Positions 8,338 to 17,133 of a stretch of DNA of 28,343 bases are shown here, one piece after another. Below the pieces are notes generated by a model. The model was not told the origin of the DNA, ran no database searches, and saw only the letters and a program-made list of their open reading frames with translations. A program made the position numbers and the translations under genes. Position 1 is the stretch's first letter. Every line of letters begins with the position of its first letter. Source of the DNA: Gemmatimonadota bacterium (GTDB taxonomy: Bacteria > Latescibacterota > UBA2968 > UBA8231); NCBI GenBank assembly GCA_038153405.1, contig JAYOYH010000057.1:1-28343 (forward strand), in the 5' to 3' direction.

Positions 8338-8366
8338 AGGATAGGAACGTTTTTTTTGAATGTCAA
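8338..8366 (-). promoter_or_regulatory. Sigma70-type promoter for the ExeA-type gene
   Basis: TTGACA (8361-8366), 17-nt spacer, TATCCT (8338-8343) on the minus strand in an AT-rich stretch. Confidence 0.65.
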
Positions 8367-8562
8367 GGGCGATTGGTGGACCGCTGATAAGGGGGCTATA
8401 AACCCGCTCGCGGCAATGGGGCATGCGGCGGTGTGCAGCGGCCTATTGCACGCACTCAAAGGCTTTTGCAGATTGTTGGTGTGTCGAACCGTCCCAAGGG
8501 CATGGAGGGGCAAAAGGCGTTGATCCACTTGAGCGACTCACACAAGTAACGCGGAGAGCGAA

Positions 8563-9507
8563 ATGGAGGCAGTAAACAAGGCTGCGCGGGTTTTTCAAAT
8601 ACTCATTGGACTGGTCTATTTGGTGTCCGGCCTCATCAAGACCTGGGAGCCCATCCTGTTCTATTGGGAGGCCATACCCTATACGCAATTGCTCGGATTT
8701 GGGCGCGATCACTTTCAAACCGTCGCCAAGGGCGCCGTGCTATTGGCGCCGTTCGAGGTGGGGCTAGGCGTGGCGCTGTTGTTCAACTGGCGTCCGCGCA
8801 TCACGCTGCCGATTGCAACCTTGCTGATGGCCTTTTTTACGGGACTGTTGGTCTATGCCTGGAAGATGGGGGCGTCCATCGACTGCGGCTGCTTTGGTGC
8901 GCTGGTGGAGCGCAGTCCGGGTGAAGCGGCCGTCGAGGATACCGTGATGCTCGTCCTGCTGGGGGTAGCTCTCTGGCGCTTGCGCTCGGGGGAACACGCC
9001 CCTTGGACGGTGGGTGGGCCGATGGGCAATCGGCTGGTGCCCGTCGTCTTTGTCGCCGCGCTCGCCGTGTGCGCTTTTCGCTTTGTGCCCGAGGTGGAAC
9101 GCCTGGAAGCGTCCGATTTAAAGGCTGGAGTGCGCCTGATTGGCCTTTCGCCCCAAGGCATAGAAGTCGACCTACAGCAGGGTGAGTATCTGATCGAACT
9201 TTTCAGCCCGGTATGTGGCCACTGCATTAACGCCATCCCCAAAATTAATGCGATGGCGCAAGACGAAGCGCTGCCGCGGGTGATTGCCCTGACCAATTTC
9301 TCGCAGGACTCGCCCCAATTGACCGAATTCAAGAGTCGCTTTAATCCGCTATTCGATATTGCGACCGTTTCGCTGACGGACTTCTATCGCCTCACCTACG
9401 CGCACGGCTATCCGCGCTTGGCCTATATAAAAGACGGCGTGGTGCAAACCGTGTGGGAGCGCGATTTTATGCCCGACGTGGAGCGATTGCGGGAGATTGT
9501 CCGCTGA
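8563..9507 (+). CDS. MauE/DoxX-family redox membrane protein with C-terminal thioredoxin-like domain
   Basis: GLVYLVSGLIK, E-x-x-LG, DCGCFG motif, about 5 hydrophobic segments, then FSPVCGHC (CxxC) and GYPRL (cis-Pro-like). Confidence 0.8.
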   Translation: MEAVNKAARVFQILIGLVYLVSGLIKTWEPILFYWEAIPYTQLLGFGRDHFQTVAKGAVLLAPFEVGLGVALLFNWRPRITLPIATLLMAFFTGLLVYAWKMGASIDCGCFGALVERSPGEAAVEDTVMLVLLGVALWRLRSGEHAPWTVGGPMGNRLVPVVFVAALAVCAFRFVPEVERLEASDLKAGVRLIGLSPQGIEVDLQQGEYLIELFSPVCGHCINAIPKINAMAQDEALPRVIALTNFSQDSPQLTEFKSRFNPLFDIATVSLTDFYRLTYAHGYPRLAYIKDGVVQTVWERDFMPDVERLREIVR

Positions 9508-9574
9508 GTGCGGTGGCGGTTAGTAAACGCTTCGCTATTGACAAGATAGACGCGCATACAACAAGGGGTAGGCC

Positions 9575-10849
9575 ATGAGTGATCTAGCACTATTGGGTGG
9601 GAATAAGGCCATGGAGACGGTCGATGAGGCTGATATCTTTCGCTGGCCGATCATCACTCCGGAGGACGAAGAAGCCGTGCTCGGCGTGCTGCGCCGGGGG
9701 GCGATGTCGGGGACGGACGTCACCCGCGCCTTCGAGGAGGATTTGTGCGCGTACTTCGGTCTGCCGCACGCGCTGTGCCACAACACCGGCACGGCGGCTA
9801 TTCAGGCGGCGATATGGGCGTGCGGCGTGCGGCGCGGCGACGAGGTGATCTGCCAGAGCATGACCTATTGGGGTTCCGTATTGCAGGTGTTTTCGCTGGG
9901 TGCGACCGTGGTCTTTGGCGAGATGGATCCGCAGACGCTGACGCTGGATCCGTCCGATATCGAAGCGCGCATAACCGAGCGCACCAAGGCCATTGTCGTC
10001 GTGCACTACAGCGCCTATCCGACGGATATGGACCCCATCATGGAACTGGCCGAGCGCCGCGGTATTAAGGTGATCGAAGACGTTTCGCACGCGCAGGGGG
10101 GCCTCTACAAGGGCCGGCTGCTGGGAACGATCGGCCACGTGGGCGCGATGTCGATTATGTCGGGTAAATCGCTGCCCTGTGGCGAGGGTGGTTTCTTGGT
10201 TACGGCCGACAAGCAACTCTACGAGCGCGCAGCGGCCTTTGGGCACTACCAGCGCATGCAGGAATTGGAAGATCCCGAGCTGACGCCCTATGCGGGCATG
10301 CCGCTGGGCGGTTATAAATACCGCATGCACCAGCTATCGTCGGCGGTCGGACGCGTCCAGCTCAAGCACTACGATGCGCGCATGCAGGTCATCCAGCAGG
10401 CGATGAACTATTTCTGGGACCAAATGGCGGGCGTGCCCGGCATCAAGGCACACCGGCCGGCCGGGGACAGCGGCAGCACGATGGGCGGGTGGTACGCCGC
10501 CAAGGGGCTCTACGTCGCCGAGGAGTTGGGCGGGCTGCCGGTGGCGCGCTTTTGCGAGGCGATTAATGCCGAGGGCGGGCGCTTTCGCATGACGCCCGGT
10601 GCAAACCCGCTAATGCACCTGCACCCGGTCCTCAACGACGCCGATATCTACGGCGATGGCAAGCCGACGCGCATCGCCTTTTCCGATCGCGACCTGCGCC
10701 AGGGTCCGGGATCGCTGCCCGTTACGGAGAGCCTGCCCGACCGCTGTCTGTCGATACCGTGGTTTAAGCACTTCCGCCCCAAGGTCATCGACGCCTATGT
10801 GGGCGCTTTTCGCAAGGTCGCCGAGCGCGCCGGGGAGCTGCTAGTATGA
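9575..10849 (+). CDS. DegT/DnrJ/EryC1/StrS-family PLP-dependent aminotransferase
   Basis: NTGTAAI, GDEVI, ITERTKAIVVVH, IEDVSHAQG, SIMSGKSLPCGEGG (PLP lysine), GYKYRM-like motif. Confidence 0.92.
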   Translation: MSDLALLGGNKAMETVDEADIFRWPIITPEDEEAVLGVLRRGAMSGTDVTRAFEEDLCAYFGLPHALCHNTGTAAIQAAIWACGVRRGDEVICQSMTYWGSVLQVFSLGATVVFGEMDPQTLTLDPSDIEARITERTKAIVVVHYSAYPTDMDPIMELAERRGIKVIEDVSHAQGGLYKGRLLGTIGHVGAMSIMSGKSLPCGEGGFLVTADKQLYERAAAFGHYQRMQELEDPELTPYAGMPLGGYKYRMHQLSSAVGRVQLKHYDARMQVIQQAMNYFWDQMAGVPGIKAHRPAGDSGSTMGGWYAAKGLYVAEELGGLPVARFCEAINAEGGRFRMTPGANPLMHLHPVLNDADIYGDGKPTRIAFSDRDLRQGPGSLPVTESLPDRCLSIPWFKHFRPKVIDAYVGAFRKVAERAGELLV

Positions 10850-11637
10850 GCGTCGATGGAGTGTTAAAGCACCGCCTCTTTGGCTACGGAACGCCTTATC
10901 GAGTCGAACTATCGGCTGACGGAAGCGTGGGCGCAGTCGACACGACCGCCGAGCAGGAAGCGCAAACGCTGGCCCTGCTGCTGGACCTCTTGGCCGGCGG
11001 GGATACAGAGTCACTGGAAAGTGCGGCGCACTGGGCGTATTCGATGCCCTTTGGTCGCTGCGGGATTGAGGGCCTGCCGCGCGAGCATATTCAGGTGCAC
11101 TTTTGCGCCGAGGCTTATCTCGACGTGTTGAACGGCGATGGCGTCCAGACGCAGGTGCTGTCCGACGGACAGATCGTCGCCATCGAACCGCGCACCATAG
11201 CGCGTGTACGCGCCCGCCCACTGGAGGGGCGGCGCGTCCTCGTCGCCTTTCAAACCCAGGATCACACGCCGCTGCACGGCAACGCCGGCGCGTTCGCCGG
11301 TGCGGGTGCCGTGCCCGACGATTGGCGCCAGCGCCTGGCTACCTGCCACGCGGCCTTTGCTGCCGCTGCAGCGGACGGGGATCATCGGCGCGCGGTATTG
11401 GAACATTTCTTCGCGGCGATGGCCCAGCGCCTGCTCGATGCAGAGGCGATTCCCGCCCTGCGCGTAGGGGCCGCCGCTGCCGGTTCCTACGCGCAGGAAA
11501 GCGAGGCGCCTTTTTTTGAGCGCCAGCGCGAGTTGCTAGGCCGCTCGGTAATCGATCGCATTGCCCGCGCCGACGAGGGTGTCTACCGCTTTCCCGGCAT
11601 GTTTGGTGGCGTGGCTCCGCTGTTCAGCTTGGTTTGA
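10846..11637 (+). CDS. Hypothetical protein, possible degenerate cupin
   Basis: ATGA overlap with the upstream gene; GC3-rich codons; segment HIQVHFCAEAY...GQIVAIEPRTIARV resembles the two cupin motifs. Confidence 0.6.
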   Translation: MSVDGVLKHRLFGYGTPYRVELSADGSVGAVDTTAEQEAQTLALLLDLLAGGDTESLESAAHWAYSMPFGRCGIEGLPREHIQVHFCAEAYLDVLNGDGVQTQVLSDGQIVAIEPRTIARVRARPLEGRRVLVAFQTQDHTPLHGNAGAFAGAGAVPDDWRQRLATCHAAFAAAAADGDHRRAVLEHFFAAMAQRLLDAEAIPALRVGAAAAGSYAQESEAPFFERQRELLGRSVIDRIARADEGVYRFPGMFGGVAPLFSLV

Positions 11638-11666
11638 CAATCCAACCGTAGATAGGACGGTATGCC

Positions 11667-12644
11667 GTGGCAAAGAGAAAAATCCGCCTTGGGTTGATCG
11701 GCTGTGGGGGCAATATGCGCAATGCCCACGTGCCGCGATTACTCGAAGATGGTCGCGTCGAATTAGTGGGGTTGGTCGACACGGCCGAAGAGCCGGCTCA
11801 ACAGCTAATGGAAAAGTGGGGCAGTCCGGTGCCTCTGTATACGGACTACAAGAGCATGCTTAGTGCCGGTGCGCTCGACGGGGTGCTCATATCGTCTCCC
11901 CATTCCATGCACTACCAACAGGCCCGCGCCTGCCTGCGCGCCGGTCTGCACGTGCTGGTGGAAAAGCCGCTGACGACCACCTCGCGGCACGCCAAGTTGC
12001 TCATTGAAACGGCGCGCAAAGCACAGCGGCTGCTCGTCGTGAGCTACCAGCGCAATTTTTACCCACAGCACACCTATGTCCGCGAGTTGGTCCAGCAGGG
12101 AGCGCTCGGCCAGATCAAGAGCGTTGTCGCCTACGTCACACAGCGCTGGGGCGGGGGCGGCTGGCGCGGCGAACCCTCGCTGTCAGGGGGGGGCTTCTTT
12201 ATGGATACCGGCAGTCACCTAGTTGCCTCGACGCTGTGGATGACGGGTTTGCAGCCGGCCGAAGTGCACGCCTTCATGGATCGGCGCGGAAAAAAAGTAG
12301 ATATAGACGCCGCGCTCAATCTGCGCTTTGCCAACGGTGCGCTGGGTTCACTGCACTTTACGGGCAGTGCCGACCGCCACGATGAACGCCTGGCGATACA
12401 GGGCGATGCCGGCTGCGTAGTTTTTCATCTGCACCAGTGGGGCATCCGCGACGTGTTGCTCAACGGCGCGCCGCTGGTCGTGCCCAAGCGCATTGTCGAG
12501 GATACACCCGATGCGGCCTTTCTGCGCTGGATGCGCGGTGGCAAGGGCTATGAAGAGGCCGATTTTGCCCTGCAGGTGTCCCGCCTTACCGAGGCAGCCT
12601 ACAAATCGCTGGACCAAAAACGAGCCGTGCGCGTAGCGCGGTAG
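11667..12644 (+). CDS. Gfo/Idh/MocA-family NAD(P)-dependent oxidoreductase
   Basis: IRLGLIGCGG Rossmann motif, HVLVEKP, WR...GGGFFMDTGSH. Confidence 0.93.
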   Translation: MAKRKIRLGLIGCGGNMRNAHVPRLLEDGRVELVGLVDTAEEPAQQLMEKWGSPVPLYTDYKSMLSAGALDGVLISSPHSMHYQQARACLRAGLHVLVEKPLTTTSRHAKLLIETARKAQRLLVVSYQRNFYPQHTYVRELVQQGALGQIKSVVAYVTQRWGGGGWRGEPSLSGGGFFMDTGSHLVASTLWMTGLQPAEVHAFMDRRGKKVDIDAALNLRFANGALGSLHFTGSADRHDERLAIQGDAGCVVFHLHQWGIRDVLLNGAPLVVPKRIVEDTPDAAFLRWMRGGKGYEEADFALQVSRLTEAAYKSLDQKRAVRVAR

Positions 12645-12665
12645 AACCAAGGAGGGGAGGCGAAG

Positions 12666-14339
12666 ATGGTCGAGTACGCACGCGTCATTAGTGAATTGGA
12701 TGCCAGCGTTTTGCGCCTATTGGCGCGCCAGATAACCGACGAGAAGAGCGCGGATTGCGGCGGCTTTATCGATGCCGACGGGTTAGTCGGTCCCAACAGC
12801 GTTTCCTCTGCCTCGACGTTGGCCTACGCGTATTTGCTCGAGGAGTCTTCTCATTACCACAGTCCGGAGCTGTTGGAGCGCATTCTGCTCGTCGGCGATT
12901 TCGGTCGCCGTCGCCGTCGCCCGTCGGGTAATTACGACCTGCTCAGTACCAATTTCGACTCCTCTCCCGACACGGGATTTATAACAAAGGCGCTGGCCCC
13001 AGCCGTCAAGATGGCGCGTGCGCAGGATGGCGATCGCGGCGCACAGCACATTGCAGAATCGCTGGGCGAACTCATTCGCGCCGGTGCCGATGGGATGGTG
13101 CGCGGCGGCTTCCACACGCCCAACCACCGCTGGGTCATCGTTGCCGCGCTGTCGTTGGCCCGCGAACTCTTTCCCGAACTCGACGTGCGCGAGACGATCG
13201 AAGCCTATCTCGGCGAGACGATCGACGTCAATGCCGACGGCGAGTATATCGAGCGCAGCACGGGCGTCTACAATGCCGTCGTAAATCGCTCGCTCATCCT
13301 AGCCGCGTCGGCGCTGGACCGGCCGGAGCTGTTGGAACCGGTGCGGCGAAACCTCGATTTTAACTTTCACATGCTGCACGGCGACGCGACGGTTGTTAGC
13401 AGCATCTCGCGCCGGCAGGATCGCGGCGCGCGCGCCGTGCCCACTACGCTGGCCGACGGCTATCACGCCATGGCGCATATCGACGGCAACGGCTTTTACG
13501 CGGCCGTCGCCGATTGGCTGGTCGAGCGCGGCGGGAGCAGCCTGGTGTGCCTGACCAATTTTGCCCTTCATCCCGCGTGGCGCACCGAGCAAGTCAATCG
13601 CACAGCGCTGCCCGCCGAATATGCGCAGGCCTATCCCGTTTCCGGCCTGTGGCGCGTGCGCCGCGGAGCGACCAGCGCTACCGTGGCAGCCGGGCTGACG
13701 GCGCCCTTTGCCGTCGTGCAGGGCACAGCCGAGATGACGGTAAAGCTATGCTCGACCTACTTTGCCACCGGCCAGTTTGTCGGCGAGGATTTTATGGGCG
13801 ACGGGCACAGCGTCCACCTGCGGCACAGAGGGCGGAACAAGATCTATCCGGAGAAAGGGTATACGGGCGGGATTTACTGGCTGCCCATTGACGAGCGCGT
13901 CGACGCAGACAATTGGCAGGCGGTGCGCGCTCGCCGCGATATCTATGCCCTACCTGCTCTTGAAGTGGATTTGCGCGTGGAAGAAGTGGCCGGGGGATTC
14001 AATCTGTATATCGAATCTTCGGGCGGCTTGGACGGCGTGCCGTTTCAAATCGAATGCAATTTTGTTCCCGGCGGCACTCTGCATGCAGAGAGCGTTATCG
14101 TCGAGGGCAAGGAGGGCAATACCGCATTTTTAAAGAGCGGGCACGCGCTCTATCGCATGGGTGATGATGCCATTTCCGTCGGGCCTGGTAGCCATGCTCA
14201 CAGCATGTGGTCCATGCGCAATAGCGAAGTGGACGCACATGCTTTTCGCCTGCTGATAACGGACCGGACGCCCGTGCAAAAAACGGTGGAAATTCGCTGT
14301 GGCACGTGGTCGGATAGCGCGCAGCGCCTGCTGCCGTAG
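12666..14339 (+). CDS. Uncharacterised 557-aa protein (helical N-half, beta-rich C-half; possibly lyase/heparinase-like fold)
   Basis: Strong GGAGG RBS and a long clean ORF with motif-like GGFHTPNHRWV, DGEYIERSTGVYN and SRRQD. The fold is inferred. Confidence 0.7.
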   Translation: MVEYARVISELDASVLRLLARQITDEKSADCGGFIDADGLVGPNSVSSASTLAYAYLLEESSHYHSPELLERILLVGDFGRRRRRPSGNYDLLSTNFDSSPDTGFITKALAPAVKMARAQDGDRGAQHIAESLGELIRAGADGMVRGGFHTPNHRWVIVAALSLARELFPELDVRETIEAYLGETIDVNADGEYIERSTGVYNAVVNRSLILAASALDRPELLEPVRRNLDFNFHMLHGDATVVSSISRRQDRGARAVPTTLADGYHAMAHIDGNGFYAAVADWLVERGGSSLVCLTNFALHPAWRTEQVNRTALPAEYAQAYPVSGLWRVRRGATSATVAAGLTAPFAVVQGTAEMTVKLCSTYFATGQFVGEDFMGDGHSVHLRHRGRNKIYPEKGYTGGIYWLPIDERVDADNWQAVRARRDIYALPALEVDLRVEEVAGGFNLYIESSGGLDGVPFQIECNFVPGGTLHAESVIVEGKEGNTAFLKSGHALYRMGDDAISVGPGSHAHSMWSMRNSEVDAHAFRLLITDRTPVQKTVEIRCGTWSDSAQRLLP

Positions 14340-14343
14340 CAAA

Positions 14344-15753
14344 TTAGCCCAAGTGGAGCTCGTCGGCCTTGCCAAAGCGCCAGGCTGGCACCGGGGCCGT
14401 CTGCAGGCGTTCGCCGTCGGAAAGCCCTTCCTGACGGCCCGCTAACTCGCGGGCCATTTCCCGTCGCCATCGCTCCAGCACATCGGCCTTTTCGCCCGCC
14501 AGGTCGCGGCATTCGCGCGGGTCTTCGCCTAGGTCGAAAAGCTGCTCCTCGCCCGTAATGGGATTCCAGATATACTTCCACTGCGCATCGGTTAGGAATT
14601 GGTTGGCATTTTCCGGGTGGTAGCAGGGGGCGTGTTCGCCGTGGTAGTGCGGACGCAGCGAATGGGACGAATCCTCCAGCAGCCCCAAGATGCTGTGACC
14701 TTCTACGGTTTCGGGTATGGGGGCATTGGCCGCCTGTAAAAAGGTGGGCATAATATCTTCCCAGCCGACCAATTGGCTGCATTCGACATTGCGCTCTACC
14801 TGCATAGAAGCGGGTGCAACCGCTATAAAGGGCACGCGCGCCGAGGGCTCGTAGGCGTAGGTCTTGCGCCAGAGGTGGTGGTCGCCGAGCATCTCGCCGT
14901 GGTCGGAGGTAAAGACGACCAGCGTATCGTCGAGCAGGCCGCCGCGCTGCATGCGCTCGATGAGGCGGCCGATCTGCGCATCCAAGAAGGCCAGATAGGC
15001 AAAGTAGGCGGCGCGCGCGCGGTGGACGATGTGTTCGGGTAATTGACCGCGCCAGGCGTTTACGTCGAGCGGATAGCGCGCCTGGCGGGCGTGGCGTTCG
15101 GCCCAGTCGCCAATGTCGGGTGGGGGCAGTTCGCGTCCGATAAACTGGTCGTAGTAAACCTGTGGCGGGCACCACGGTGGGTGGGGGCCGTTAAAGGACA
15201 GCGTCAGGAAAAAGGGCCGAGTCGGGTCGCGCTTGTGCAAAAAATCCAGCGCGCGTCCGACGAAGAACGTCTCCTCGAGCTGGTGCTCGGGTAGATGGTT
15301 GGGGCGACCTAGCCAAGAGTTGGCCGGCACCCCGTGCGCAAATTTCTCCACCGCGATGCCGGGCTGCTGCGCCAGCCACTCTTCGTAGTCGGCCGATAGC
15401 GTGAGCTGTTCAAAGCCGAGGTGTTTGCGCGCCGGATGAAAGTGCGTCTTGCCCATATTGACCGTTTGGTAGCCGGCCTGCGTCAACTCGCCGGCCAGCG
15501 TATGGGGGTAGTCCCACGGCTGGCCATCTTGGTAGCCGACCATGCCTTGGCTGTAGGGCGTCATCCCCGTCATTAGCGAACGCCGCGCGGCGATGCACGA
15601 CGGACAGGGCGTATAGGCGCGGGTAAAGGTCGTTCCGCGCGCCGAAAGCGAATCGAGATGGGGCGTCTCCGCCACCGGATGGCCCAGTCGCCCCAGGCTG
15701 TCTCCGCGCCAGTGGTCGGTCAGAATGAGCAGGATGTGGGGTTGTTCGCTCAT
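14344..15753 (-). CDS. Formylglycine-dependent sulfatase (arylsulfatase/choline-sulfatase-like)
   Basis: PHILLILTDHWRGD, PSCIAARRSLMTG, GYQTVNMGKTH, PHPP, FTSDHGEMLGDH, YEPSARVPFI, QLFDLGEDPRECRDLA. Confidence 0.93.
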   Translation of the reverse strand: MSEQPHILLILTDHWRGDSLGRLGHPVAETPHLDSLSARGTTFTRAYTPCPSCIAARRSLMTGMTPYSQGMVGYQDGQPWDYPHTLAGELTQAGYQTVNMGKTHFHPARKHLGFEQLTLSADYEEWLAQQPGIAVEKFAHGVPANSWLGRPNHLPEHQLEETFFVGRALDFLHKRDPTRPFFLTLSFNGPHPPWCPPQVYYDQFIGRELPPPDIGDWAERHARQARYPLDVNAWRGQLPEHIVHRARAAYFAYLAFLDAQIGRLIERMQRGGLLDDTLVVFTSDHGEMLGDHHLWRKTYAYEPSARVPFIAVAPASMQVERNVECSQLVGWEDIMPTFLQAANAPIPETVEGHSILGLLEDSSHSLRPHYHGEHAPCYHPENANQFLTDAQWKYIWNPITGEEQLFDLGEDPRECRDLAGEKADVLERWRREMARELAGRQEGLSDGERLQTAPVPAWRFGKADELHLG

Positions 15754-15762
15754 CGCCTAGCC

Positions 15763-16890
15763 TTAGACCGCATGGGCCACGGAGCCGTCCTGGCGCAGCA
15801 GCGTATGGCCGGTGTTCATCGGTGCATAGGGTGTCCCTTCGATGAGGGCCTCGTCCAATTCTACGCCCAAGCCGGGTGCATCGGGAAGGGCGATATAGCC
15901 ACCTTCGCGCTGGTAGCAGGTCTTGAAGACGGCGTGGTGCGGTGCCTCGTCGTTCTTGGTGTATTCCTGCGTGACGAAGTTGGGAATTGTCGCGTCTAAG
16001 TGCAGGGAGGCGGCGGTGATTAGCGGGCCCAGGAAGTTGTGCGTGACCACGGCGCAGTGATAGCTCTCGGCGATGGCGGCGATCTTTTTGCAATGGGTCA
16101 AGCCGCCGGCCAGCGCTACGTCTGGGCGGACGTACTGCGGGCCGCCCTGCTCTAGTAGCTCGCGAAACTCCCATATAGAAACAAAGCGCTCGCCGTTGCC
16201 AAAGGGCAAAGGCGATTTGGCCGAAATCTGCGCCTGCGAGGAGATGCTGTCGATCTGAATCGGATCCTCGAGGAAGAGCACGTGGAAGGGCTTGAGCGCG
16301 TCGGCTAAGTCGAGGGCAACCATGGGCGTCAATTTTCGGTGCAATTCGATGATTAGATCGAGGTCGGGGCCGCCAGCCTCGCGCGCGGCGGCGGTAATTT
16401 CAACGGCCGTGTCGATGAGGCGAGCCTGTGCCATATCCTGATAGCCGCCGGGCAGCGGGTCAAATTTAACGGCGGTAAAACCCTCATCGACGGCGGCTTT
16501 GGCCGCCTTGTAATTGGCCTCCGGCGTGCCGCCGCCCGACAGCAGGTGCAGGCGGATTTTGTCGCGCACGTTGCCGCCGAGCAATTCCCAAGCGGGCACT
16601 TCAAAGTGTTTGCCCTTGATGTCGTAGAGGGCGATATCGATGGCCGCTACTGCGCCCATGATGGCCGTGCCTCTGAACGGTGCCATGCGGTAGAGATGGT
16701 TCCAGTGGTGTTCGATGCGCAATGGGTTTTGGCCGATGAGATACGCTTTGTAGACGTCGATGATACTCTGCACGGCCGTGGGGTATCCCCAACAGGCGGT
16801 CTGGCCGAGTCCGGTCAGGCCGCTGTCGGTGGTCAGGCGTACGACCAGGCCATTGCCGATGAGGAGAGATTCGATCTTTTCGATTTTCAT
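15763..16890 (-). CDS. Mandelate racemase/enolase-superfamily acid-sugar dehydratase (galactonate dehydratase-like)
   Basis: ATG 16890 with GGGAG RBS; AAIDIALYDIKGK, LLGG, AVKFDP, FLEDP, GER, RPDVALAGG, PDAPGLGVELD. Confidence 0.9.
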   Translation of the reverse strand: MKIEKIESLLIGNGLVVRLTTDSGLTGLGQTACWGYPTAVQSIIDVYKAYLIGQNPLRIEHHWNHLYRMAPFRGTAIMGAVAAIDIALYDIKGKHFEVPAWELLGGNVRDKIRLHLLSGGGTPEANYKAAKAAVDEGFTAVKFDPLPGGYQDMAQARLIDTAVEITAAAREAGGPDLDLIIELHRKLTPMVALDLADALKPFHVLFLEDPIQIDSISSQAQISAKSPLPFGNGERFVSIWEFRELLEQGGPQYVRPDVALAGGLTHCKKIAAIAESYHCAVVTHNFLGPLITAASLHLDATIPNFVTQEYTKNDEAPHHAVFKTCYQREGGYIALPDAPGLGVELDEALIEGTPYAPMNTGHTLLRQDGSVAHAV

Positions 16891-16919
16891 AGTGGGCTCC
16901 CATGGGTGTATGGCCAGAT

Positions 16920-16948
16920 AATGTAGCACGCCGGACAGAGGCGGCCAA
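16920..16948 (-). promoter_or_regulatory. Putative sigma70 promoter for the dehydratase-sulfatase unit
   Basis: TTGGCC, 17-nt spacer, TACATT with TG one base upstream of the -10. Confidence 0.45.
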
Positions 16949-17080
16949 GCGCGCACTGCCGGCGTGCGGCGCCAATCGGGCATGCGCATTGTCGCGTCTC
17001 CACAGCATCTCCATTTGAGCGATTGCCCTATGGATAGGCCATCGCTTGCCCTAGGCGGCGTCGGCGGTCCTCAAGTTGTG

Positions 17081-17109
17081 TTGAGTACGTCGGTTGCTTT
17101 GGCGATATT
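17081..17109 (+). promoter_or_regulatory. Possible weak sigma70 promoter for the SDR unit
   Basis: TTGAGT, 17-nt spacer, GATATT upstream of the GGGAGG RBS. Confidence 0.3.
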
Positions 17110-17133
17110 GAGAGCATTCACAAGGGAGGGCTT

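Noticed and set aside
9538..9543. TTGACA upstream of the first DegT gene (also 11634-11639 and minus-strand 7404-7409)
   Set aside because: No acceptable -10 hexamer at 16-18 nt spacing.
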